This document shows positions 47,801 to 56,307 of a stretch of DNA of 60,968 nt, piece by piece. The translations under genes were made by a program, and so were the position numbers. Where the stretch lies: IMG/VR virus record IMGVR_UViG_3300010296_000008, positions 1-60,968 of that record. One strand, given 5' to 3'. Source of the DNA: a virus. Its lineage: Duplodnaviria; Caudoviricetes. Under the pieces are notes generated by a model. It was given only the letters and a program-made list of their open reading frames with translations, was not told where the DNA came from and ran no database searches. Each line of letters opens with the position of its first letter. The stretch's first letter is position 1.

Positions 47801-50800
47801 TCCAAGGTGGCGTTGATGAAGATAACATAACAGACGTTACATTCATTGTTCAGGCAGCTGCTGCTACAACATCTGGTAGTGGTGGTCGTTACTATATCTC
47901 TGGTGGTACATTAACTGGTTCTGCCGAAAAACCTGCGTTCAACTTCAAGAAAGGTAGAAAATATATCTTTAATCTTTCTGATGGTTCTAATGAAACGCAC
48001 GCTATGTTATTCTCCACCAGTGGAGATGCACAAGCACAAGGTTGGCACGTTGCTGGTTCTACAGTTGGTGATGCAAATGCTGTCTACAGCAATGGCGTTG
48101 TCTACAAACTGGAGAATGTAGAGGTCACTTATCAAGAATATGTTGATGGGTTTGATGCTGCAACTCTAAGATCCATTGAGTACACACCCACATCTAATGC
48201 TCCTCACGTTCTGTACTACTTCTGTTACAACCACCCTAATATGGGTGAGCGTATCATTATTGGTGATGTTGATAGCAGAAATGGACGTTATTGTGTGACG
48301 CCTGATTATCCGAATGGTACCTACGCTTATTTCATCACTGAAGATATCAATGGTAACCCTGCATATCCTTATGTGCTAGGTAATCAGTTCTATTCTCAAC
48401 CTGTATTCCCTGGCGATTTGGTCGCAAACAATACTGCATATGTGTATGAAATTGGTGGTATTCAGTTTAATATTCTGCAGAGATACTGGCATCAAATTAC
48501 TTCTGTTGATACTCAGAACGGCAGAATTCAGATCGAACCAGATGGTGCGGCATTTACTGGTATATTCTCCGAGCAAGGTGGTAACCTTTTGAAGGTTGCT
48601 AATCTCACTGGTACACACCAACGTGCTGATGGTATTCAGCGTTGGATTAATGAAAATCCTGTTGGTAATAAACTGTACTTCCAGACAGAAGCTCAGGAAG
48701 ATGCTGGTGAGGGTGAGGGTACCGAAATTATCTACCTCCCTGTTGATAAGGGTGTTGATGGTGGATTTGTTAAGGGTCTCTTCTCTCCTTATATCAATCT
48801 CTTGACAACTTGGTATACACCTCCTGGTGCTCTTGGCACTTACAATATTGGTGACACAGTTAATCTGCAACTGGGTGTTTCGTTCCTCAGAACATATGCA
48901 GCAGAAACAATTCTGGATAGAGATTATTCTCTGACTGGCGATTCTATTGCTGGCACTGGTCTGTCTTTTGATACTGAGACTGGTGTCCTGAGTGGTATCC
49001 TGATCAATAATACTACTCTTGACTTGACATTAACTGTCGAAGAGAATATTTCTGGTCAGACTCAAACCTACACCATTCAGCTGACAAACACCACCATCAC
49101 GGTGCAAAATGTTTCTCTGAAGACTCCTGGAACATCCAAGACTATTGACTACAACGCTGTTACTAAGAAGAGTGGTCAACCTCACGATGATGAGATTTGG
49201 AATGAAAACCAGTGGTATGCTCGTCCATTCTCCTATAAGTCTTTTAGCGTTCTTGCTTATCAGACTGGTTATGAGAATTCTCAGTTTGAATATCTGCCTC
49301 AGTGGCAAATTTTCAAGGACAAGGGTCAGGGTACACAATGGTATAACATCAACGAGTACTCTACGGGTCCTGTGGGTCCTGGTCAGTCTTGCCAACTGGA
49401 AGATGGTGACTGGTTCGAGAACAATGTTGAAGCAAGAGACGAATTCTACTCTTACGAGGAGAAATTCGAAGATGTCACTGGTCACGAGATTGGAATCTCT
49501 TATCTTGTGTGTAACAAGTGGTGGAAGTATGACCAAGATTTCTTCCGTTGCAAGCTCCGTTATCGTTTGATCTTTAATTTGGTTGCAACTGGTAATGATT
49601 ACGCTGTTGTTGTGAACCAGTCTGGTTCTACCGTGTTTGAAGTTCCCAAAGGTGCAACATATCGTTTCGATATCAGCGATTCTTCTTGGTTGGGTAAGAA
49701 TTTGGAGCTTAGAGAGAGTGCAACTGGCACTGCATACACTGGAATTAACGTTAGACGTTATGGCACTCCTGGTACTGCTGGTGCTTGGGTGGATCTCATC
49801 ATTAATGAGGGTCATACTGGCAGCGTTTTCTACTTCGGTCAATCTGGTGGTAGCACATTTGCATCTCAGCACTTAGACTTTACAAGTGTCTTCACTGCTC
49901 TTCTTTCTAACACTCTGCAACTAACAGTTCAGAATACTCCTACAGTTCCTGCACAGCCTCTGCTGACACTGCTCAGTGGTGCTACCGCTATCACTTCTAA
50001 CACATATTCTGTGGTGACTGAGTATGGTGGTCTTACACACTTCCCCAATACACTTCCTTATCAATCTAGCAATAGATCTCCTAAGGCGGGTCGTTATCCT
50101 GTGGAACTTCTCTGTACTGACCAGAATATTGAATTCAACTGGTATCGTAAGCTCTATGATTATAATACCTCTAACGGTGTGAAATCTTATAACTGGGATA
50201 CAGTTACCAACACCTACAGCACATATGTGCCTCTGGATTCTCCCCACTTTAGATCTAGAAGAGATTATGGTAATGAACTGACTAATTACCAAACTTCTTG
50301 TACTCTTGATGGTGTTAGCAACTATAGAGAAAACTATATTTCTTTCGATGAAGAGTTCCCTCTTCGTGTGAATTATGGTGGTCCGAAGATTGAGATTCCT
50401 GTTCAATCTCCTTCTTCGCTGTTACCTCCTCTTGCAAATAATGGTAGCGTGATCCGTGTTACCGATCTACCTTGTAAGGGTACACCTAAAGGTAAAAATG
50501 ATCCTTACTCTTATCAGATTACAGTTGGTAATGGCAATACCATTTCCTCTGTGTCTAATGAAATTACCGTTATTCCTAATCCTCCCGAGTTAGGTATGTG
50601 GTGGTATGAGTATGATAATGGTTGGACTGGTACTGTTTCTAACGGTTATCTGCGTCACGATCAAGGTTTCGTTGATACTACCCTGACTTGCGGTGATTAC
50701 TTCGGTAATGTCTACATTCGTTCTTTTGTTATTGACGTGGGTCCTGCACCTCTGAGTGCACTGCCTTATATCGATGTCAATACTATGAAAGTTCAGGATT

Positions 50801-51498
50801 ACTATAAGGGTGCACAGAACTTTACAGTCCAGAACAACCAGTCTCAAGATGTGATCATCTCTTACACAATCGATGCTGGTCAGTTTACCTGGAGAATGCG
50901 TTTAATCAATGAATTCCCCTATATGGAGACTGTTGATGGTGGTACTAGAACTATCTACACTTTGAATAATCCTACTCACGCGAATGGTCCTACAGTTGTT
51001 AATACTGGTGACTTTACTACTTACACAGGTCAGCTCGCAACTGCAACTGGTTTACTTCGTGAGTGTCCTTTCCGTGGCGACACAAGCATCAATATGCCTG
51101 TGGACTTCTCTGTGAAGAATGACATTCAACCTGCTGTCTTCCCCGCACGTGGTACTCAAAAGGTCTATACACTGTGGGTTGAGCTGGTCGAATCTCCCTT
51201 CGATCTGGTTGATTTGATTAACCTCGTTGCTGTTGCTGATCCTTGTCAGGATCAGACATATGATTTTGCATACACCTCTAACGGTGCTTGCATCACTCCT
51301 TCTAATGATTACTTCTGTAACTTCATCAAGCCTCTGCGTGATCGCAATCACCCAGAACAACCGATCATCGGTATGGAAGGCGTGGCACAGATCAGAGTGA
51401 CAGATGGTATTTCGCCAAGAACTCTGGATTTCCAAGTTCCTTCTCCTTGGCCGATTCTGTTCTCCTACTTGGGAGACTGTAACCCTACCTGCGCATAA
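41812..51498 (+). CDS. Giant 3228-aa protein: S8 subtilisin domain + YHYH domains + cupredoxin-like modules
   Basis: ATAAATA at 41771; triad D298 (DTG), H364 (HGT), S579 (GTS) plus SAGN; two DGYPIYGP...NGR.C.TPD.P.GTYAYF units; YYxCxxHxxM repeats. Confidence 0.85.
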   Translation: MSNRIIARISKENQAGAVIERAKQRFTSLKKTQDLSRLKTVFLDFDSKDDNFINILKGDDFPEVIAAIWDRETFIGGVETADVSLAPEEDFVLSANSQTRRDVVSPLTTSTDELDNLARQIRPQEYGNVIPYSVGAGTTYSVTATVVNTSAGPKIYFNGVYEAPDLTFLFPGMELIINVSDNTNFGYTIAFSETPDGTHNDGTEYVVGVSRTSTPGTIGAEVRLSISQTTPQQLYIYAKETSRAGIRGSGFVNASDSSKVAMFSKWYLARITQQQNGLNYGLYSYTEHGDGVDVYIMDTGIRGASRPSSPTGANLHPELFHPDFADDYNDVGNQSIYRVYEVPGFNSGYTVNGEANSNEDDNGHGTECAILIGGLQHGMARKVRFYALKVQASNGSGYLSDYVNGLLAIINHNDPSHPNWKGNSRPAIINASVGVNVPSEVYRYVPQNEPGFDSGAYEADTAMDDYENFCVDNGIVFVRSAGNGFGYNIQYGGFQAKFNPGPRTAGPQDYRYNMEGIGDKISVGATAFNNTFSGFSNYGTGVTISAPGESIYCPRYYWNTNSAYSTVTNVYYGYIRGTSFSGPLTAGVIAQYLGKKGYQNRTTYEGKSVPKLAKEWLRRNIDWDYEREQSAVGEEYGGGSVNVYPTNDIDEITLDGINTYVSVGAGTNEISITLGSEYSRFNPALGDYIQFRIPEAIPATDIITDVWVSSDGSPTAAYYKSGGQLNVVTDNDPSPGLAGVFPSGGTTGYVSTLSIQNQGSGYTLTPTVSFSGGGGNGAAATAGITLTGGNITSINVDQSGSGYTSAPTVVIQGDGQDATAEATIALTGGGVESVTVTNGGSGYNPLNLPAITFTGGGGSNATAVATVVDGIITAITIQNPGSGYSSAPTVGIAVSAPPNQGTTIHTPDSSFVSGGGSTTSASLNQTTRLLTVVADNLPQPSLYGSFPNANNGNAITGQSYNHTFVYRGGRNISDETPTNTTDAASVGIALNGVQLRHYSHGLNVDLPNGTGCPDGYTFNKVFNSTAFGTDNGGGTVDNSGVYHYFTGNFFINSWKGSTTTYTVTVANPGTGNKYYLNGGLTPNLILTEGNTYYFDQSDSSNTGFPFRLSATQDGVHTQGGVVYTIGIRYQGTPGDGQSGTGLYIQVQPSSPNLFYYCSLYPGYGNAASVTTVANNAALPSHTTTDVINATHHSPIIGYAYDGYPIYGPIGYDSPGSPTTLARMQSSYSLKTQRDGEQYAGSTYTWSVSADDNLDFDFTGESTGSDVSITANVGDNLVFNVNAQYTTGGGGGSTPNTYNLVVTASSFSDYTVSGSDRTGNINGLDPALTFYEGDTINFTVSATNHPFYLKTVQGAGTGNQISGVTNQGTTSGTVSWTPGSGTAGTYYYQCGNHQDMWGTITIQSAGGGGGETITHPFWIQTVPAPYNPTQVVGSVTNNGTFNGTILWSTTTASPGTYYYVCENHQDMTGTITLTEPVGYAPSTTAYPLGSFVEDYEYNGSGHLDRRNGRFCITPDFPGGTYAYFMTFDASANPAFPYILGDRYYGEAIVEGVSAPQNPLFEQPASASCSIGTQIGVVDSITVTDPGVGYTYANISFTGGGGVGAAASANISVLDGYVSSVTIVEQGTDYVTAPAVTISPPNVSGGVQATAVASIAITAGNPNSIAKQSFNQDFNWRGGTNYRTTNPVNKPLRSVDPFGLTTTGAFIYHYSFEGGPVPGWTYNTVTNGNLVGEDAYGGYPNSNNVYGYNSSKLLNAYGSTAIADSNYLSSSYYDLGFRTVNYTVTVAAKSVLNPYYQVGGNEAYVIQGDDFTVGVESPELAFTRGNTYIFNQTDSSNDGHPMYFSSTDDGIWNGGVRYGVGITYRLDGAAVDAVTYTNNFNSATTRTIAIVVAQTAPNQLYYVCVNHQRMGNGIDVNSNVQGDYKRHPDGHSKILGMSFDGYPIYGPYGYSDRDDENSTVIRMKPAYLPKLENRIPDMFASRPDEGTYPIGSFVEDFEFQGGVDEDNITDVTFIVQAAAATTSGSGGRYYISGGTLTGSAEKPAFNFKKGRKYIFNLSDGSNETHAMLFSTSGDAQAQGWHVAGSTVGDANAVYSNGVVYKLENVEVTYQEYVDGFDAATLRSIEYTPTSNAPHVLYYFCYNHPNMGERIIIGDVDSRNGRYCVTPDYPNGTYAYFITEDINGNPAYPYVLGNQFYSQPVFPGDLVANNTAYVYEIGGIQFNILQRYWHQITSVDTQNGRIQIEPDGAAFTGIFSEQGGNLLKVANLTGTHQRADGIQRWINENPVGNKLYFQTEAQEDAGEGEGTEIIYLPVDKGVDGGFVKGLFSPYINLLTTWYTPPGALGTYNIGDTVNLQLGVSFLRTYAAETILDRDYSLTGDSIAGTGLSFDTETGVLSGILINNTTLDLTLTVEENISGQTQTYTIQLTNTTITVQNVSLKTPGTSKTIDYNAVTKKSGQPHDDEIWNENQWYARPFSYKSFSVLAYQTGYENSQFEYLPQWQIFKDKGQGTQWYNINEYSTGPVGPGQSCQLEDGDWFENNVEARDEFYSYEEKFEDVTGHEIGISYLVCNKWWKYDQDFFRCKLRYRLIFNLVATGNDYAVVVNQSGSTVFEVPKGATYRFDISDSSWLGKNLELRESATGTAYTGINVRRYGTPGTAGAWVDLIINEGHTGSVFYFGQSGGSTFASQHLDFTSVFTALLSNTLQLTVQNTPTVPAQPLLTLLSGATAITSNTYSVVTEYGGLTHFPNTLPYQSSNRSPKAGRYPVELLCTDQNIEFNWYRKLYDYNTSNGVKSYNWDTVTNTYSTYVPLDSPHFRSRRDYGNELTNYQTSCTLDGVSNYRENYISFDEEFPLRVNYGGPKIEIPVQSPSSLLPPLANNGSVIRVTDLPCKGTPKGKNDPYSYQITVGNGNTISSVSNEITVIPNPPELGMWWYEYDNGWTGTVSNGYLRHDQGFVDTTLTCGDYFGNVYIRSFVIDVGPAPLSALPYIDVNTMKVQDYYKGAQNFTVQNNQSQDVIISYTIDAGQFTWRMRLINEFPYMETVDGGTRTIYTLNNPTHANGPTVVNTGDFTTYTGQLATATGLLRECPFRGDTSINMPVDFSVKNDIQPAVFPARGTQKVYTLWVELVESPFDLVDLINLVAVADPCQDQTYDFAYTSNGACITPSNDYFCNFIKPLRDRNHPEQPIIGMEGVAQIRVTDGISPRTLDFQVPSPWPILFSYLGDCNPTCA

Positions 51499-51522
51499 AT
51501 TATAATATAGGAAACAAGCAAA

Positions 51523-53469
51523 ATGGCACTAATTTTCCCACCCGCTCTTGGGAGTATTCCATCGCCTGCATCTCTAACCCCTAACCTCGTTACCAGTACA
51601 TTTACTGGTGAGGTTGGGGTCGGTGCTCACGATTCGACAGACTGGCAGATTGCTACGTCGAATACTTTCAGTGCAGCTTCACTAGTTTATAATCAGAATG
51701 ATACTGTTAACTTAACTTCGTTTACAGTTCCTGCTAGTACTTTAACACTCAACACGATTTACTTTCTACGTGTTAGACATCGTGATGATGCGGGTGAGAT
51801 TTCTAATTGGTCTCAAACTGCAGAATTTAACACTGGTTTACCTATTGGTACTCCTATTGTTAGCGTGTCTTCTCCGACACCACTGATTCCTATTATTACT
51901 TCATCTTCTTTCGTTGGTGCTAATACACACACAAGAACTGATTGGCAGATTGCTACCGATTTTCTATTTGAAAGTATTGTTGAAGAGTTAATTGATACTC
52001 CTAGTAGTCTCACGCAATATACTCCTCAAACACTCTCTTATAATACTCTGTATTATGTGAGAGTAAGATATAAAGATAATCTTGGCGTTTATTCTGAGTA
52101 TAGTGCTCCCGTATCGTTCTATACCGACACTCAGATTAATGTCAATCCTAGGATCGATCGTCCTAGTATTCTCAATCCTACAGATAATGTTGTAAATGTT
52201 AGCATCACGCCTACATTTACATCGAGTGGTTTCTCTGGTGCTAATGGTGCCACACACGTGGCGTCTACGTGGGAAATTGCTACAACGCCTACATTCGGCA
52301 GCAGTAGTGGATCAGCGCCTGGAGTTTCTGGTTCTCCATCTCCACAGATTAGCAACACTAGCGGTCTAATCTATCAGTCGATTGGTGATATTAACAACAA
52401 AACTAGTATTACTATCAACTCTGGTATTTTAGAAGAAGCACGTACGTATTATGTACGTGTTAGATATGAATATGTTGATCTCCAAAGCGTTACTTGGTAT
52501 TCTGAATGGTCAGAACCAATTCAATTTGGTACAGTCAATGTTCCTGGCGAAATTCAGTCTCCCTTTGTTAGCAGCGTGATTCAGTCTACTATCTATGATA
52601 GACTAGACGTAACAACATCACCGTATGTTGCTACTCAAACTGCAGCACAGACTCACGTTTATAGTGATTGGCAAGTTGCAACGGATGCTGCATTCAATAA
52701 CCTCGTGATTGTTGCTACAGAGGATACCACGAACAGAACAACGTTCCCGATTCCTCTCGATTCTATTCGCCCTTCAACAAATTATTATGTTAGAGTTCGT
52801 TATTATAATGGCAGCATTTATTCTGCTTATTCCCCTGGTTTCCTCTTCCAGTCGCCTGCAACCGCAACTGGTACGCTGCAAGACTTCACACGAGTCCAGA
52901 CAGATACGCTAGATGACCTGTCGGTGTCTACAAACAAGATCATTAACTTGTCTGTGACAACACCGAAACTAGCAGATAATGCTGTGACTGCAGCTAAGAT
53001 TGCTATAGGTGGTATTATCGCAGGAAACCTCCAAAACGGATCTGTTACTGAACCAAAGCTCTATCAAGTTCCTGGTAGCGAAGCTGTTACTACATCTACT
53101 ATTCGTAACAGTGCTGTTACTTCACCTAAAATTTCTGATGGTGCGGTGACAACTACTAAGATTGATATTAGTGGTTCTGTTGACCCTTCGACTCCTGTTG
53201 AAGGTCAAGTGTTTTATAATACATCTCAAAGCACATTTAAGACTTATAACGGTGTAAATTGGAAAGAGTCTGGTGATGCTGGTGATTATTATATTATTCG
53301 TAAACCTCAACCTGGCGATACCAATTTAACCATTGTGTATGCTGGTAGACAAACAAACATTTCTTATGATGAGTATTCTTCCCCATTAAATACTCACCAA
53401 TTCTTCGCACCAAGCGGGTTGGTATTTGATATAGATACTAATGGGCATCTTGTCGTCACTGTAAGATAA
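51523..53469 (+). CDS. Virion structural protein with four FN3-like repeats and fibre repeats
   Basis: H...(D)W(Q/E)IAT...YY.RVRY...S..S repeated four times; VT..KI repeats. Confidence 0.8.
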   Translation: MALIFPPALGSIPSPASLTPNLVTSTFTGEVGVGAHDSTDWQIATSNTFSAASLVYNQNDTVNLTSFTVPASTLTLNTIYFLRVRHRDDAGEISNWSQTAEFNTGLPIGTPIVSVSSPTPLIPIITSSSFVGANTHTRTDWQIATDFLFESIVEELIDTPSSLTQYTPQTLSYNTLYYVRVRYKDNLGVYSEYSAPVSFYTDTQINVNPRIDRPSILNPTDNVVNVSITPTFTSSGFSGANGATHVASTWEIATTPTFGSSSGSAPGVSGSPSPQISNTSGLIYQSIGDINNKTSITINSGILEEARTYYVRVRYEYVDLQSVTWYSEWSEPIQFGTVNVPGEIQSPFVSSVIQSTIYDRLDVTTSPYVATQTAAQTHVYSDWQVATDAAFNNLVIVATEDTTNRTTFPIPLDSIRPSTNYYVRVRYYNGSIYSAYSPGFLFQSPATATGTLQDFTRVQTDTLDDLSVSTNKIINLSVTTPKLADNAVTAAKIAIGGIIAGNLQNGSVTEPKLYQVPGSEAVTTSTIRNSAVTSPKISDGAVTTTKIDISGSVDPSTPVEGQVFYNTSQSTFKTYNGVNWKESGDAGDYYIIRKPQPGDTNLTIVYAGRQTNISYDEYSSPLNTHQFFAPSGLVFDIDTNGHLVVTVR

Positions 53470-54729
53470 ATGGCAGAATTTTTCATCGACGTAGGTAAGA
53501 TTAAGCTTACCTGGCAGGGAAACTGGTCAAACGCCACGGCATACGTGGTGGATGATTTAGTTTGGTATGACGACGGGAGTACCGTTAGTAGTTACATTTG
53601 TGTTGCAGATCACACAAATCAACCACCGTCTGTTACTGGTATTGTAGATACAAACTACTGGAATTTATTTGCTGGTGGTGGTCTCGCTGGTGGTCTACAA
53701 CCTGGAGGTACTGCAACAAATCAAATTCAGTATAGATCTGGTTTAGCGCTAGGTGGAGAACCAGGATTTGAATATGATCCTGCAACTGACATTATGTCTG
53801 TTCCTGCTATCAGTGTAATTGGTGGCGCAGCTGGTGCACCAACGCACGACATTGACGTTGCTGGTTCTATCCACGCTAACGGATTCTATGATGGTGCCAA
53901 TCAACTGACATATAATATTAGTGGTGCTCAGATTACAACTGGCACTGTTGATAATGCTAGACTGCCTTCGACTATTACCGCAACTGCTTTATCTGCTACC
54001 ACGGGTTTTTCTGTAAAGACAAGTGGTATTTACTTTGACAATACCACCGATCGCGTCGGTATTGGTACTGCAGTTCCTGCAACACGTTTGGATGTGAGAT
54101 CTATTGCAACACCTACAGCTGATGATATTGTTGCTAGATTTAGATCTGACCATACCAATGCATTTGGTACCTTCATCGAAGTGATGCCAAACACTGCGCA
54201 GGCACAGAAGTCTGGCATTCATCTACATAAGAACTCTTTGAGAACTGAACCAGCTACCATTTCTAATGATGGTGGTGTTCTTACTATTAGCACTGCGGAT
54301 ACTTTTGCTCCTACGGTTAATATAGATCTGGGTGGCATCAATAAGTTTATGTTGACTTCTGATTTATTAGAAATCAACACACCATTTAGAATTAATGGTT
54401 GCTTCGACGAAGCTGTATCCAATCTGGCAATTAATACTGGTGTAGTTGATGTTGATGCGACTGATGCTTCCGTTTTCACAATTACGAGAAGCGAAATTAT
54501 TAGCGCTATGAATATTACACTACCCGCTAATGCTCGTTCCGTTTCTCTTACATTCGTTATGACATCAAATGGTAGTTACAGTGTTACTTGGCCCGCAAAT
54601 ACTAGGTGGGCTGGTGGTACTCCTCCTAATCTATCTTCCACTGCTGGTAGAATTGATGTAATTACATTATCAACCACTAATAATGGTATTACTTGGTTAG
54701 GTTTCGTTGGGGGGTTAGACTTTCAATGA
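53470..54729 (+). CDS. Tail fibre / adaptor protein A
   Basis: W.G......Y.VDD.V...SYIC N-domain, RVGIGT..P repeat, W.GG.PP...D....T.N.G C-domain. Confidence 0.75.
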   Translation: MAEFFIDVGKIKLTWQGNWSNATAYVVDDLVWYDDGSTVSSYICVADHTNQPPSVTGIVDTNYWNLFAGGGLAGGLQPGGTATNQIQYRSGLALGGEPGFEYDPATDIMSVPAISVIGGAAGAPTHDIDVAGSIHANGFYDGANQLTYNISGAQITTGTVDNARLPSTITATALSATTGFSVKTSGIYFDNTTDRVGIGTAVPATRLDVRSIATPTADDIVARFRSDHTNAFGTFIEVMPNTAQAQKSGIHLHKNSLRTEPATISNDGGVLTISTADTFAPTVNIDLGGINKFMLTSDLLEINTPFRINGCFDEAVSNLAINTGVVDVDATDASVFTITRSEIISAMNITLPANARSVSLTFVMTSNGSYSVTWPANTRWAGGTPPNLSSTAGRIDVITLSTTNNGITWLGFVGGLDFQ

Positions 54730-55346
54730 GTCCTATTGGATTTGCAAAAGGTACTTTCTATTCTGCTGGACAAGATGGTGGCACCGCTTTGGGTCCATTG
54801 GAGTGGAATTATGCCGATGGCGCTACATTAACTGGAGGAGCGACGGGAGATGCTATCAACATTGCTATAGCATCTAATGTTGGTACATTCCGTAGAACTG
54901 GTGATTTATTGGGTGGATTAACTCTTGCAACAGTGAATAATGTATTGTATCTCTCTGGAACTCTAGCTCAATTTGGATATGCTGCGGTGCAGGTTGATGA
55001 GGGTAATACATATACCTTAAACGCATCAGACTATGGTGTAACAAAAACATTTCAAATTAGTGTTAGTGGCGAGACGAGAGAGTATAGTATGAGGCAGGTT
55101 GGTAATCTTTTGATTGCCAAACAATTTGAATCATATGGTACTCCCAATTCAACTTGGAATGGATTAGTATCTCAACAGCAAGATGCTACCCAAAATGTTG
55201 GCGCAAGTGTGAGTGGATGTAATTCCAGCACCCAAAGACTATCTAATGGTGGCGTAGCTACTGTTAATATCAATGCTACTAACTCTAATTACGGTGATCC
55301 CTGTCAGGGTACCTTTAAGAGAGTATTCACCTATTACACAATTTAA
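54726..55346 (+). CDS. Putative fibre tip / adhesin
   Basis: ATGA overlap with the upstream gene; beta-rich; MSPIGFAKG..S.G start. Confidence 0.6.
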   Translation: MSPIGFAKGTFYSAGQDGGTALGPLEWNYADGATLTGGATGDAINIAIASNVGTFRRTGDLLGGLTLATVNNVLYLSGTLAQFGYAAVQVDEGNTYTLNASDYGVTKTFQISVSGETREYSMRQVGNLLIAKQFESYGTPNSTWNGLVSQQQDATQNVGASVSGCNSSTQRLSNGGVATVNINATNSNYGDPCQGTFKRVFTYYTI

Positions 55347-55386
55347 TAGACCATAAATAAACAAAGAGAACAAGTACCTGAGATAG

Positions 55387-56304
55387 ATGGCTCTCACAAT
55401 CGACGTTGGTAAGATTAAAATTAAGTGGAAGGGTACCTACAATCCCGTCACTTCTTATGAAGTAGATGATGCCGTAAGTTTTTACGACGGTGCCACTACC
55501 TCTGCATATATTTGTATTCAGAACAGCACTGGTAATGCACCTGCTGCAAACAATGTGCTCGATTCGCATTGGGAATATCTAGCACGTGGTACTGAATCTG
55601 CATCTGGTGGTACTGCAGATGGTCAGATCCAATATAAAGCTGGTACTGGTTTCGCTGGAGAGACAGGATTCTCTTATGACGATACTTCTAACACTCTTAC
55701 TGCTCCAAACGCTACTATCACTGGTAACCTTACGGTCCAAGGTACCACCACTACAGTAGACACCACAAATACTACGATTTCCGACAATACAATCGTTTTA
55801 AATAGTGGCGAGACAGGTGCTGGTGTTACACACTCTGATGGAGAATCTGGTATTGAGATTGAGAGAGGTAGTGAACTCAATACTAAGCTTGTTTGGAATG
55901 AAACTGCAGATTACTTTACTCACTTGCTTGGCAGTGGTCCTGCCAGAGTACACGTTTCTGCTTACTCCGAGACAGTGCAAGCAGAATCAGTTAGCGCTGG
56001 TAACGTTTCGATTGATTTAACTCAGTCTACTGTGTACACAGTTACTCTTACTGAGAATGTAAACTCCTTCAGTATTACAGGTGAGCAAGCAGGTGCATCT
56101 ACCAGCTTCATTCTTGTGCTAACTCAGGATGGTGTTGGTGGTAGAACAGTTGATCTGAGTGGATTCACTGGTCGTACTGTTAAGTGGGCAGGTGGTGTGG
56201 TTCCTACTGTGTCTACTAACCCGAACGCTACAGATATTTTCCTCTTCACCACATTTAACGGCGGTACAATTTACTACGGTTTCACATCTGGTCAGGAGTT
56301 CTGA
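55387..56304 (+). CDS. Tail fibre / adaptor protein B (paralog of 53470-54729)
   Basis: Shares the IDVGKIK..W.G N-domain and the KWAGG..P...D....T..GG C-domain; ATAAATA at 55353. Confidence 0.78.
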   Translation: MALTIDVGKIKIKWKGTYNPVTSYEVDDAVSFYDGATTSAYICIQNSTGNAPAANNVLDSHWEYLARGTESASGGTADGQIQYKAGTGFAGETGFSYDDTSNTLTAPNATITGNLTVQGTTTTVDTTNTTISDNTIVLNSGETGAGVTHSDGESGIEIERGSELNTKLVWNETADYFTHLLGSGPARVHVSAYSETVQAESVSAGNVSIDLTQSTVYTVTLTENVNSFSITGEQAGASTSFILVLTQDGVGGRTVDLSGFTGRTVKWAGGVVPTVSTNPNATDIFLFTTFNGGTIYYGFTSGQEF

Positions 56305-56307
56305 TAA

